DNA of 63,621 bases, the filler included, from Octopus bimaculoides (Eukaryota): the NCBI RefSeq assembly GCF_001194135.2. It is 5 parts of 5 records of this genome, joined end to end, with 100 filler letters (N's around TTAATTAATTAA, not from the genome) between each part and the next. Parts side by side here need not be neighbours in the genome. Positions count along the whole stretch, not along the records: positions 11,324 to 34,827 come from NC_068988.1; positions 34,928 to 40,765 come from NC_068998.1; positions 40,866 to 61,556 come from NC_068997.1; 2 more parts are not named here. One strand, 5' to 3'. The translations under genes and the position numbers were made by a program. A model generated the notes under the pieces. It did not search any database. It was not told where the DNA came from and saw only the letters and a list, made by a program, of their open reading frames with translations. Below are positions 28,841-41,951 of the stretch, one piece after another (the stretch's first letter is position 1; each line of letters opens with the position of its first letter).

Positions 28841-28882
<42 letters not shown>
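28720..28882. repeat. Compound microsatellite (GAA)n(GAT)n(AAT)n
   Basis: direct reading. Confidence 0.95.
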
Positions 28883-28885
<3 letters not shown>

Positions 28886-28887
<2 letters not shown>

Positions 28888-29110
28888 TTTGAACTAGAAA
28901 GAATTTGGAGCATGCGAACAGTAAACGTCGTGACTATAATAATTAGTGCTTTGGGAATAGTACGCCAAAATGGCTGAAGAAGATTGAAATAGACTCCTTG
29001 GTAGAGCTCCTAGAGAAAGTTTGCCTCTTGGAGACAGCAAGGATTATCAGGAGGTTTCTAAGCACTTGAAAGATTGCAGAAATCTTGTGGATACCTAAGG
29101 TTACAGGTAG
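28886..29110 (+). mobile_element. 3' end of R4/Dong-like RLE LINE
   Basis: ELERIWSMRTVNVVTIIISALGIV..LLEKVCLLETARIIRRFL*. Confidence 0.75.
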
Positions 29111-29274
29111 TAAGTAACACACTATCCGCGTAATTCCTGCCCGGAATAAGACCGAACCTGAGTCAAACTAAATAATAATAAGTGGCAACTAAAAAACAAG
29201 TTCGAGAGTGTAGTTGTAAGGGCACTCAGAGCACTAACCATCAGCTTCGAGAAATCGGAACTGAAATGAGAGCA

Positions 29275-29454
29275 GTCATTTGACTGGGGGCATGCTGGGG
29301 CACCGCCTTTAGTCGAGCAAATCGACGCCAAGACTTATTCTTTGTAAGCCCAGTATTTATTCTATCGGTCCTTTTTGTCGAATCGCTAGGTTACGAAGAC
29401 GTAAACACACTATCATCGGTTGTCAGGCGATGTTGGGAGACAAATACAGACACA

Positions 29455-29460
<6 letters not shown>
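29275..29460 (-). mobile_element. Octopus-type SINE 3' half
   Basis: CATGCTGGGGCACCGCCTTTAGTCGAGCAAATCGAC..TTCTATCGGTC. Confidence 0.8.
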
Positions 29461-29511
<51 letters not shown>

Positions 29512-29761
29512 ACGCACACATACACATACATATATATATACATATGTGTGTGTGTGTGTGTGTGTGTGTATGTATGCATGTATGTAAAGGTAAGTTTCAA
29601 GGATCAACGTGTAGGAAAATAGTAGGTTTCGAGCAATCCAAAGAAGCTATAGAAAAATAATAAATTCAGGAGTAATAATGGTTTATTGACATAGAAGGTT
29701 GTAAATTCCTCCCATATCGAAGTTCGATTAACTGGAAAATTTGTTTTATAGCTTACGGTTA

Positions 29762-29777
29762 GCAGCAGGGGGCGCTG
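29762..29777 (+). promoter_or_regulatory. Candidate CTCF-binding motif
   Basis: GCAGCAGGGGGCGCTG vs canonical CCAGCAGGGGGCGCTR; sequence match only. Confidence 0.4.
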
Positions 29778-30786
29778 TGTATTCGAATAGTATTTCAAAA
29801 TTAGGGAATGGAGTAGATTAAATCCAGGCTACATATGTTTCATAGCTAGCAGAATCTCGCAAGTAGTAATCATCCAAACGAGGGATAATCCGCTAGCTAC
29901 TCGTCAAGCAAAAAATACCTTAATCAAAAGAAGTTTATATTGTCGTAAAGATGTATGAATGTATATGAGTTCTTACCTTCTTCAGTAATTTCCATTAAAG
30001 TTTCATATAGCGGACGTTATTTCTAGAAAATAACTAAAAGAAGACATTTTGGAAGGGACACTATAAAGATATTGCGCTTAATTAGCTCTTTGACTTATGC
30101 AAAATGCCATTAGATGAGAGCCGGTGCTAAGTTACAAATGTTCACTACCATTGATTTTAAAGTTGCATTTAGATGTTTAAAATGAAACCATTTCACGTTA
30201 TTTCTAGATCATATTCAAAGGCATCGTACGGGTTTTAATTACGTTAGAGTTTTAATATACATTATATGTAAAGGAAAGGTAAAGCTAACAGAAATATATA
30301 TGCCAATAGGAACGTATGAAAATAATTGAAAATGCATATCATGTTCATTTTTCAGGCAATTAGCGGAAACAACTCTGAACACGTTTCAGCGTTTGTTTTG
30401 ACCTTATCAAATCATAGACTTCTCGGAAAGTATTCTGAAGTCTTTATAATGAGCCTTCAATATCATATTTAATGGCTACTATAACACATGAAAATTTATT
30501 GTTACCAGATATTAAAACATTTTCTTTTCGTAGGAATAAAATAACAATAAGAGATCACGCCCATATTTTCTCAAAAACATTCAATATTTATTTTAAAAAC
30601 AGACTACTCTAGCGTCAGTTATAGAAGTTATAGAAATATTATACTAGTAAAATTGTTTTGATTTCACAATTATCGCTTTAGTATTTCTCTATATATTATA
30701 GTGTATATATAGATATAGATACAGATATATATATATGCTCGTGTATATATATGTGTGTTTGTGTGTGTGTATGTGTGCGTATGCTC

Positions 30787-30838
<52 letters not shown>

Positions 30839-31072
30839 NNNNNNNNNNNNNNNNNNNNNNNNNNNNNNNNNNNNNNNNNNNNNNNNNNNNNNNNNNNNNN
30901 NNNNNNNNNNNNNNNNNNNNNNNNNNNNNNNNNNNNNNNNNNNNNNNNNNNNNNNNNNNNNNNNNNNNNNNNNNNNNNNNNNNNNNNNNNNNNNNNNNNN
31001 NNNNNNNNNNNNNNNNNNNNNNNNNNNNNNNNNNNNNNNNNNNNNNNNNNNNNNNNNNNNNNNNNNNNNNNN

Positions 31073-31127
<55 letters not shown>

Positions 31128-31698
31128 CATTTAGTGTTTCCAAAACAGGTGAAGATGTGAAATTATACAACTGGGTATCGTTGGCGGAAATCGATAACAA
31201 CAATGCCACAAATACTAATATTATCGCGACCTATAGTGCTACTGTTGTCTCTAACACCACCAACATAATACTATATTATTAACGATAGTAATATTAATGC
31301 CGTATTCGCATCGATACGTACTATACCAGTCTTATCTATGCTTTGCTTCCTGTCAGCTAGTAACCCAGGTCTAATATACGGTGATATGGAAGAACATTTA
31401 TGGAAAGATAAGAGAACATGTAGCTATACAATTCTCAATTCTAAATATATATGCAACGAACAGGCAAAACATGAGCTTACAACATAAGAGAGTAATGTCA
31501 CTTCTCTCATATATATATTTACTAACGTAGTAGCGTATAAAGTATGCAAATATATACCCAGCAAATTATAGAGTTCCGCGATACGAAGATATTATACTGA
31601 TCACCTTCAGGGACACGTTGAAACTACAATGTTCAAAGTCTCTATAACCAACGCGCACACACTACATATGACTGTGCGTGTCTCCATACATACATACA

Positions 31699-31741
<43 letters not shown>

Positions 31742-32033
31742 NNNNNNNNNNNNNNNNNNNNNNNNNNNNNNNNNNNNNNNNNNNNNNNNNNNNNNNNNNN
31801 NNNNNNNNNNNNNNNNNNNNNNNNNNNNNNNNNNNNNNNNNNNNNNNNNNNNNNNNNNNNNNNNNNNNNNNNNNNNNNNNNNNNNNNNNNNNNNNNNNNN
31901 NNNNNNNNNNNNNNNNNNNNNNNNNNNNNNNNNNNNNNNNNNNNNNNNNNNNNNNNNNNNNNNNNNNNNNNNNNNNNNNNNNNNNNNNNNNNNNNNNNNN
32001 NNNNNNNNNNNNNNNNNNNNNNNNNNNNNNNNN

Positions 32034-32067
<34 letters not shown>

Positions 32068-33121
32068 ATGTACGTGCATACATACATGCAGACAGACACA
32101 CTTAGATATATCGGCAGAGAGTATATTCAGGCATGTAGCTGACATATTAAGAGCCAACAGCGTACCAACAGCTTATAAGCAAACGTGTCTAAATCTAAGA
32201 ATAGAAATGTTATCAAGACAATGAGTGTTGAGGAAGATCGATACATGTGGTGCTGTGCAGTGGAAAAACTAACATTATTGTAGAAATTATCCAACAGATA
32301 TCATTGCTGCTTAGTTGTAAATATTTATTATAGTCATACACACAGACTCTGAGAGGCAGTTATTTCTCTGCTTGTTCTCTTAACCTCTCTCTAATTGTTG
32401 CACTATACAAATATGTATGTGAATGTAGTGTGTACTTACAAAGCTACAACTGCTGAGTGGGTTAGCGTCTGACACCAGAACTATATCACATATAACAGGC
32501 GCATCGATTCATTTATGTATATATTGTTCCAAAATATGTGTTCTCTCCCGGAGCATCATTCAACTTTTATTTATTTGCATAGAAAATACATTGGTTGCTA
32601 GTTATCTATAGAGATTCTAACAATCCACTAGTAGATTAGTTAGATATTTGGTTAACGTTAACTCGTAAGTACTGAATTTGTAATTATAATTTATTTTTCG
32701 CATTATTATTACTAATAATTCTGCAATTGAGATAACTGTGAGAAGCATTAGAATAGTGGAGACAATGGATCCGTTATTTAGATACAGCTCTTCAACTGTA
32801 ACTAAAACTGAAAGTGTTCGAACCGCACCGACTTTGGCTTTACTTACTAATGTGTCTAATATAAGTCGACGCTTAGTAAATATTAGTTTCAAAGTTTGGC
32901 ACAACGCCTGTAATTTCAGGAGAGGAGTAAGTCGATTACTTTGGCCCGTCTTCAAAAGACTTATTTTATCCGCCTCGAAATGATGACAGAATAAAGTGAT
33001 TTATGACTTACAGGATGCTTTACAGAGAATCCAAGTTGAAGAAAAGTCACTAAATATGTTTTTCGACGGGCTAACGATTCTGCCCCCTCCCTGCCTTATT
33101 CATTACACGAATTAATATCAA

Positions 33122-33400
33122 TAACCTAGCGGTTAGGATGTTGCATTCACGATCTGTACCTCGTGGAGTTGATTCCCTGACCGGGTAGCGTTTTGTGTTC
33201 TTGATCAAAGCACTTAATTTCAAGTCCCTCTGTCATCATTTTGACAAATGACATGTAGAAAACTTATGCACATGTATAGGCTATGTTGATTTCGTGGAGG
33301 GAGCGAGCTAATGTGCAGCATAAACACATTACTATAAATAAATTATTTAAGCAGGTCGTTCAGTGAAACTGATCATTCAAACGTCGTCTTCGACGGGGGA
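33122..33400 (+). mobile_element. Old tRNA-derived SINE
   Basis: TAGCGGTTAGG..GTTGATTCCC head followed by GTGTTCTTGATCAAAGCACTT core-like block. Confidence 0.5.
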
Positions 33401-33469
33401 TTCCATTTTGTATATATTCATTAGCGAAGGTTGACTTTTATATACGATTGTGTATTAAGGAAGGGTTCG

Positions 33470-33900
33470 AGTCGCTGTTGAGCAAGTGGATTGACAGAAA
33501 TTATAAAGGACTGAATATCATAGACCAGAGGAAAGCAGGACGTTGATAATGAATTCCAGAGAGCATCCGTTTGAGGAAAGAAGTTGTTAGAATAGAAGGC
33601 TGTGACTAACAGGATGCTTAACAGGGAAACGATGCAACGAAGAAGAGAAATGGATGATATTCAAAGGCTTTAACAGAGGGTACTAGACCAGAAAGATCGT
33701 CAGAATAATTACATTTGAAATATATATAGAAAATGTACAACGAAGATACTTTTCGGCGATAAACCAGGACTCCAGTCTAGTAATAAGTAGAGAATGTTAA
33801 CTCAATTCTGAATTCAATCTAGCGAGTTAAGACAAGCATAAGAAGTGGCAGGAGATAAAGTGTTCAGGTAATTCTGGATCAATACGCGTATGATTAGAAA
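33470..33900 (-). mobile_element. CR1/L2-like LINE 3' relic
   Basis: minus strand HRFPVKHP..YSNNFFPQTDALWNSLSTSCFPLVYDIQSF resembles the CR1 ORF2 C-terminal FFPRTxxLWNSLP motif. Confidence 0.65.
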
Positions 33901-34724
33901 CTAACATAATCAGTAAAAAGAGATTGAATAATTATTTATAAGCTTGCATTAATTCGTTCATATAAGTCTTGACTTGTTTTCAATAAGCTATAACTTCTCA
34001 TGGAAAATACATAATGCATAGCTCGCGTTTCTCGTTACATAATATCACTGCTGACGAAAAGCATACAATCTCCTTGATAAAAAAATAAAGTGAAATCGTA
34101 AGAAATAAGATCTATAAAACTCCCACCTAATTAACCTTATGTTCCAGTACAAAAGCGGTACAAATCAATCAATACTGGCAAGTAATGGTATGCATTCAAT
34201 GCGTGGCTTTGATCTGTGAGAAACAGCGCTACAACGTTCTCATGTGTACCCAGAATACATAAAACTTTGTACAATCAAAGGTTGATTTATGCGTTTTCGT
34301 TAGAAAGAGACACAAAGTGCTTCGGGCAGGTTATGACCTCCTGTTTGAAGAAGCAATATGTCGAGAACCCATTCACTCAACTGTCATCTACCCTGAAACT
34401 TAAATTTATAAAATCATAATTATGCTTCGAAAATCGTATTGTATATCAACGCTGGAAGACACATTTCCCTGCCTATGTTCTCTGAAGAATTTTCTTTTAT
34501 TCTATTAGAACCAAATTTAATATAGTTTTATCATTTTCTAAGAATGTACAAGATTACTTCAGAAGTTTCTGGGAGCATTTCTTTATTCGTATATTCCATT
34601 TTTAACTTCATTCTTAACACTAAAGTAACTTGAAAGTACATCAAGGTACAGACACACGCATACACGCACAGAAACATACAAATACATACAAATACACACA
34701 TACAAACACCTACGCGCACGCACA

Positions 34725-34774
<50 letters not shown>

Positions 34775-34827
34775 CATATATATACATATACATACATGCA
34801 TATATATATGTGTATGTATGTATATAC

Positions 34828-34927
34828 NNNNNNNNNNNNNNNNNNNNNNNNNNNNNNNNNNNNNNNNNNNNTTAATTAATTAANNNNNNNNNNNNNNNNN
34901 NNNNNNNNNNNNNNNNNNNNNNNNNNN
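34828..34927. other. Artificial 100-bp scaffold spacer
   Basis: N44-TTAATTAATTAA-N44. Confidence 0.95.
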
Positions 34928-35156
34928 TTTAGTTATTTATTTATCTATTCATTTATTTATTTATCTATTTATTTATTTATTTATCTATTTATTTATTTAT
35001 TAATTTATCTTATTTATTTATTTAGTATAAGTTACTAAAGATCACATTGGACAATGCAAATTTATAGATACGAAAAGACATGATTAAAAATCTGTGTTTA
35101 TATATATATACAACTATGAATATATACGTATGTATATACGTGTATGCAGGCATGTA

Positions 35157-35231
<75 letters not shown>

Positions 35232-36054
35232 GTATATGTATATATAACTATGTATAGATATATATAGAGAGGGAGAAAGATAGTTAGGCAGGTACACAGA
35301 CAAATAGGTAGATTGATACATACATACATACATACATACATACATACATACATACATACATGTATGCATACATAGAGTGTGGGAGAAAGAGTGAGGGAGA
35401 GAGAGGAGAGAGAGGAGAGAGAGAGAGGAGAGAGAGGAGAGAGAATGGATCCAATTAGCACAACAGATGCGGAAATCGAATACCGATCGATATATCTTTG
35501 AGCATTTACGCGCTCACAGGTGTGTATTTGTGTGTATATGTTTGTATGCACATATAACTCTTACTATTTGTGGGACAGAATAGATACATACATACATACA
35601 TACATACATACATACATACATTCATCAGAATGCGTTGAGAGTCTATAGAGAAATTGACAGGAAAAAGGCATACGAATTTCCAGTTCTTTTGCGTATGAGT
35701 ATGTATGCACGTCCTTAGACATGTACGTATTTACTGAGACCACAGAGGAATGAAATAGCCGATAATGGCTATTATATGTGAGAATGCATATATAAATAGG
35801 AATACATGCGTGTGCGCGCACGTATGTCTAGGAGCGCCTGCGTGTATGTGTGCGTGTACGCGTGGGTATGTGTGTGTCTGTGTAAATATGTGTGCGCAAA
35901 ATTATTCATGAATCCCCACATACTTAGTTCCTTCAGCATACATACATACATATACATATATACACACATATATACATACATATATATATGTATTCTATAT
36001 ATATACATATATGTATATGCATATATATGCACTAATATATGCACACGTGTCTGC

Positions 36055-36156
<102 letters not shown>

Positions 36157-36327
36157 AATATACGAGCAGTCATCAATAGACATCTATCTGTGTAGAGTGC
36201 AAAAGACAGTTAAAGGTGAAATGGAAAGACCCTTATAAACACACACACACACACACACACACAATCACATCTAGGCACTTATCTACCCAACACCCACGTA
36301 CATGCCTAAAAGCACACATACATGCAC

Positions 36328-36360
<33 letters not shown>

Positions 36361-36469
36361 TGCCGTAATTTCAGAATTTCTAAACAGGGAATACACGTCT
36401 TGCGGCGTTTTGAAGATCTTCACTTTAGTGCTATGAAAAAAATCAAGCGACTCAGATTAGGCGAGGATT

Positions 36470-36600
36470 GTCTGTCTATCTATCTATCTATCCATCGATC
36501 GAACGATCGATCGTTCTATCTATCTACTTGCCTATCTATCTATCTATCTACTTGCCTATCTATCTATCTATCGATCTATCTACCTATCTATCTATCTATC

Positions 36601-36657
<57 letters not shown>
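36470..36657. repeat. (CTAT)n-(AGAT)n inverted microsatellite
   Basis: direct reading; junction ~36600. Confidence 0.9.
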
Positions 36658-37573
36658 GGCAGTTTTCAAACATGATTAAAAATACTCGTCGAAAGGAGAA
36701 GGGTTCGGTTTGGTGGGATCAATTTTCAAAGGAAGAAGGTCAAAATAGCTCCACTGCGAATAGAAGTTAGAAATAGTTTAATAATCTAAATATAGGTGAC
36801 AGCGTCCGCTCATGGGCGAAGAAAACGAACGAGCAATTTAAATTCCAGTTGTCTTTATTCTCTCTCTCTCTCTAACCCTCCCTCGTTTTCTCTCTGATAC
36901 ACATACTATCTCTCTCTCTCTATCTCTCTCCCCCTCACTCATTATTCCTCTTTCACGCTTTCCTCTCTCATTTTGCCTTTTATATATGCCTCTGAATTAT
37001 TCCAATTTGAACTTTAAAAGAAAGCTATTTTCGTCAACATCCTGCATGTAGTGTATAAAATTTGCATACATTATGCAAATCTGAAATCTTTTGGGAAATC
37101 AATAACATAGACGGAAATTTCCTCTTGGTTTTGATATTCATTATATCTTTTTATCGGTGCAATTGGACAGTTTCCGGTTATTTATGCAGTGTTGCAGTTA
37201 TGCAACCGCTATTGCATTGTGCTGTACTGCTTGAGTGACTGCAAAGTGCAAAGCTTCATTGTCGCCACAAGCAACGACAAACCTTTACCTATTCCCTATC
37301 CAAACAACCATTATTCTTGCTCTTTTATAAATACACATTATATATATATATATATATNNNNNNNNNNNNNNNNNNNNNNNNNNNNNNNNNNNNNNNNNNN
37401 NNNNNNNNNNNNNNNNNNNNNNNNNNNNNNNNNNNNNNNNNNNNNNNNNNNNNNNNNNNNNNNNNNNNNNNNNNNNNNNNNNNNNNNNNNNNNNNNNNNN
37501 NNNNNNNNNNNNNNNNNNTATATATATACACATATATAGTCATTCATATATATATATACATACCTGCATATAT

Positions 37574-37608
<35 letters not shown>

Positions 37609-37884
37609 CATATATACATATGTGTACATTCACACGTATATACATATATGTGTATGTGCGTGTGTGTGTGCGTGTGCGTGTGCGTGTGTGTGTGTATACA
37701 CGCACATACATAATATACATATACAGTTTAGTGTTATGGAAAGTAATACAGTAATGTAATATTAAGGCATTTGCTAAAAGCCCTGCCAAGAATATGTGTG
37801 TGTATGTGCATGAATGCATGTATGCGTATATGTATATACAATAAGCAATAGTGTAAATATTGATTATATCTCAATTCTCGGCAT

Positions 37885-37977
37885 TGTTGTTGTTGTTGTT
37901 GTTGTCGTTCTTCTTCTTCTTCTTCTTCTTCTTCTTCTTCTTCTTCTTCTTCTTCCTCCTCTTCTTCTTCTTCTTCT
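37885..37977. repeat. (GTT)n(CTT)n microsatellite
   Basis: direct reading. Confidence 0.95.
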
Positions 37978-39419
37978 CAATACTATTGACATCGCCATGG
38001 ACGTCGTAGATAATGCGCATCCCGGATCCGCTTTCACCCAATAGATCTATGGCGAGTTTTACCATAGATTTGGCCATACATGGTGGTNNNNNNNNNNNNN
38101 NNNNNNNNNNNNNNNNNNNNNNNNNNNNNNNNNNNNNNNNNNNNNNNNNNNNNNNNNNNNNNNNNNNNNNNNNNNNNNNNNNNNNNNNNNNNNNNNNNNN
38201 NNNNNNNNNNNNNNNNNNNNNNNNNNNNNNNNNNNNNNNNNNNNNNNNNNNNNNNNNNNNNNNNNNNNNNNNNNNNNNNNNNNNNNNNNNNNNNNNNNNN
38301 NNNNNNNNNNNNNNNNNNNNNNNNNNNNNNNNNNNNNNNNNNNNNNNNNNNNNNNNNNNNNNNNNNNNNNNNNNNNNNNNNNNNNNNNNNNNNNNNNNNN
38401 NNNNNNNNNNNNNNNNNNNNNNNNNNNNNNNNNNNNNNNNNNNNNNNNNNNNNNNNNNNNNNNNNNNNNNNNNNNNNNNNNNNNNNNNNNNNNNNNNNNN
38501 NNNNNNNNNNNNNNNNNNNNNNNNNNNNNNNNNNNNNNNNNNNNNNNNNNNNNNNNNNNNNNNNNNNNNNNNNNNNNNNNNNNNNNNNNNNNNNNNNNNN
38601 NNNNNNNNNNNNNNNNNNNNNNNNNNNNNNNNNNNNNNNNNNNNNNNNNNNNNNNNNNNNNNNNNNNNNNNNNNNNNNNNNNNNNNNNNNNNNNNNNNNN
38701 NNNNNNNNNNNNNNNNNNNNNNNNNNNNNNNNNNNNNNNNNNNNNNNNNNNNNNNNNNNNNNNNNNNNNNNNNNNNNNNNNNNNNNNNNNNNNNNNNNNN
38801 NNNNNNNNNNNNNNNNNNNNNNNNNNNNNNNNNNNNNNNNNNNNNNNNNNNNNNNNNNNNNNNNNNNNNNNNNNNNNNNNNNNNNNNNNNNNNNNNNNNN
38901 NNNNNNNNNNNNNNNNNNNNNNNNNNNNNNNNNNNNNNNNNNNNNNNNNNNNNNNNNNNNNNNNNNNNNNNNNNNNNNNNNNNNNNNNNNNNNNNNNNNN
39001 NNNNNNNNNNNNNNNNNNNNNNNNNNNNNNNNNNNNNNNNNNNNNNNNNNNNNNNNNNNNNNNNNNNTATATATACATATACATATAAACACACACACGA
39101 CATGTTTCTTTAAGTTTTCGTCCACTAAACCCAGTCACATGGTTATGCCTGGCCCATGGCTATATTAGAACACATTTGCCTAAGGACTGAGCCGTAGGAC
39201 TGAACCCAAGCCTGCATGTTTGGGACGCAAGTTTATCAAAACCACGCACCCACGTATGTTTTTTTTTGTGTGTGTGTTTTCATTTTTAGTGTGGTACTTA
39301 TTTCGTCGATCTCTTTTGCTGAGGTCGTAAACAAACTAACAGCTGTAGTCAAACTGTGGACGAAGGGTAGCAGACAGAGACACAAAGGCATGCTATAAAC
39401 ATATATATTTATGCATATA

Positions 39420-39575
39420 TATATAGAAAGAAATTCCTGACAGTTTCCGTCTATTCACAATGCATTAGTCAGTTCGGAAGCTATAGTAGAAAACACTTGT
39501 CCCCGGTGCGCGCAGTGGATGGAGCTGAACCGGAAACGTAGTGGTTGCAAAGGTAGTTTCTTAACCACAGAGAGA
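39420..39575 (-). mobile_element. SINE 5' half
   Basis: CAGTTTCCGTCTA..GCTATAGTAGAAAACACTTG..CTGAACCGGAAAC. Confidence 0.7.
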
Positions 39576-39728
39576 GACATGCCTTTAAAATGAGAAGAAG
39601 AAAAAAAAGCAATCAGGGGCCGGTCACCTCTTTAATGTAGTTACTATTAGAGCTCTTATAGTAAAGAATGAACCTGTATTTGAACTGAGAATCGACAACT
39701 TCTATTATTACTACGACTACAACTGTCT

Positions 39729-39767
<39 letters not shown>

Positions 39768-40631
39768 TTGTAACAGCTTGTCCCCTTGACATGGTCGGAA
39801 TGTATGCAGAAATCTCGATGTTTGTATGGCAACAGCTGTTAATATTGGATACATATGATGTCCTGCCGTGTTTCAATGCATATCAGAAATGAACAAAGAT
39901 CTTTTTTATATTGCTGCCTCTTTCTGCCTCTCTTTCTCTCTCTTTCTCCCTCTTTCTCACTCTCTTTCTTCCTGTATATACATATTTGTCAGGTTGTGCA
40001 TGAGTGTTGGCGTGTGTGTATGTGTGACAGAGTGTGCGTGCGTGCGTGCGTGCGTGCGTGTGTACATATGTGTTCGTGTGTCTGTGTTTGTGAGTGTGCT
40101 TACAGATATACGCGCGTATACACATACATAACGTACACACACAGACGTAGAATGTATCAATCGAAAACGAAGTCTTTTAAGTGGTGACGAAAGAAAACCT
40201 GGATTCCATATAAAGAGTCGAACTCAACTCCGCGTGTACGTTGTATATTCATTCGTTTATCCGATTTAAAATTTGAAACCAATACATACAAACATGGTCG
40301 TAGCCTAAAGGGTTAGAAGTGTGAAGGAATAAAAGCTGAGAGTTCTGTAATTTCTTGCTAAACAACCACACGAATGCGCTCTATTTCACGTTCTTCATAG
40401 TTATTCAATTCTTATGACGCAAACAATACATAATACATGCACGCATACATATATACATACATATATGCATACATACATACATACATACATACATACATAC
40501 ATACATACATGCATGTATGAATGCAAGCATGCATACATACATATATTGCACACCTGAACATATGCATATAAAAATGCACATATACACACATATATGTGCA
40601 GAGATTTATCTGTATGTTTCTCTCTCTCCCT

Positions 40632-40671
<40 letters not shown>

Positions 40672-40765
40672 AACTCTCTCTGTCTCTCTCTCCCTTTGTA
40701 GGCGTGGCGGAATGATATTCCTGTTTGGCCAATATAATTATTACCACACCATAAGCATGTAATGG

Positions 40766-40865
40766 NNNNNNNNNNNNNNNNNNNNNNNNNNNNNNNNNNN
40801 NNNNNNNNNTTAATTAATTAANNNNNNNNNNNNNNNNNNNNNNNNNNNNNNNNNNNNNNNNNNNN
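40766..40865. other. Artificial 100-bp scaffold spacer
   Basis: N44-TTAATTAATTAA-N44. Confidence 0.95.
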
Positions 40866-41118
40866 GCGAGGATGTAGTCGATTTGGCTAGAGTGTCTGCC
40901 GGAGCGGTAGGTGACTAGGTGACTGGCAGGTTTCCTGAAGTTGGTATTGCAGACTATAAGATTGGTTGCATCACAGAACTCCAGCAGTCTGGTTCCCTCC
41001 TCGTTGCGGGAACCGAAGCCATAGCCTCCATGTATGCCATGGAAGCCCCCAGCACGACGTCCGACATGACCGTTGAAGTCTCCAGCCACAAAGAGAAGGT
41101 CCCTGTCACTCGTCGACG
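40866..41118 (-). mobile_element. RTE-clade LINE apurinic endonuclease fragment
   Basis: LFVAGDFNGHVG..GGYGFGSRNEEGTRLLEFCDATNLIVCNTNFRK..SQIDYIL. Confidence 0.93.
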
Positions 41119-41160
41119 AGGTAGTTTGCAAGAGGGTGTTATTATTATTTATTATTATTA

Positions 41161-41945
41161 AAAGCAGTGAGCTGGCAAAATCGGGCAAAATGCTTAGTGG
41201 CATTTTGTCTGTGGTCAACTTCGCATTTCATCCTTTCAGGGTTGATAAAATAAGTACCAGTTGAATACTGGGGTGATGTAATTGATTTACCCCTCCCTTG
41301 AAATTTGCTGGCCTTGGGCCAAATTTTGAAATAATTTTTAGTATGATATTATTGTTATTATTGAAAGTTGCGAGCTTGCGTAATTGTTAGCATGCTTTGT
41401 GGAACTTCATCCATCTTTATGTTCTGAGTTCAAGTTCTGCCAAGGTTGATAAAATATATACCAGTTGGACACTTGGGTCGATGCAGTTGTCTAGCATGTT
41501 CCCAAAACATTTTTGGCCTTGTGCCTATATTAGAAATGACCATTGTTATTAAGCTGACAAACAGGCACAATCATTTGTTTGTTAGACAAAAATGCTGATA
41601 GTTTTCCTTCCAGTTCTTTACTTTCTGAGGTCCAAAACCCACCGAGATCAACTTTGCTTCTCATTTTTTTCAAGGTCAATAAAATAAGTGCCAGTCAGAT
41701 ATTGCTCCCCTAAAATTGCTGGCCTTGTGCCAAAATTTGAAGATAATATTGAAGCTGGCAAAATCATTAGCATGCCACTCAAAATGCTTAGCAGTATTTT
41801 GTCCATAATTATGTTCAGAGTTCAAATTCTGCTAGGGGTCGACTTTACTTTTCATCTTCTTAGGATGAGCACTGGGGTTGATGTGATTGACTTGCTCCAT
41901 CTTCAAAATTTCAGGCCTTGTGCCTATACTAGAAAGGATTATTGT
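41161..41945 (+). repeat. Head-to-tail array of 4 diverged copies of the second SINE family
   Basis: Units ~41161-41335, 41363-41540, 41551-41750, 41752-41945, each ending GGCCTT(G)GTGCC. Confidence 0.8.
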
Positions 41946-41951
41946 TCTTAA

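Noticed and set aside
28630-28977. ORF with poly-E/D/N
   Set aside because: Microsatellite translation flanked by SINE and LINE fragments.
32617-32955. 112-aa minus ORF with a hydrophobic stretch loosely resembling Cys-loop receptor TM1-TM3 (KRR..LSVLV..LTV..AELL)
   Set aside because: Its first ~30 codons are a SINE tail (GTAATCGACTTAC..GTTGTGCCAAACTTTGAAAC), the putative TM1 contains KAK, and no extracellular-domain sequence is present; likely chance.
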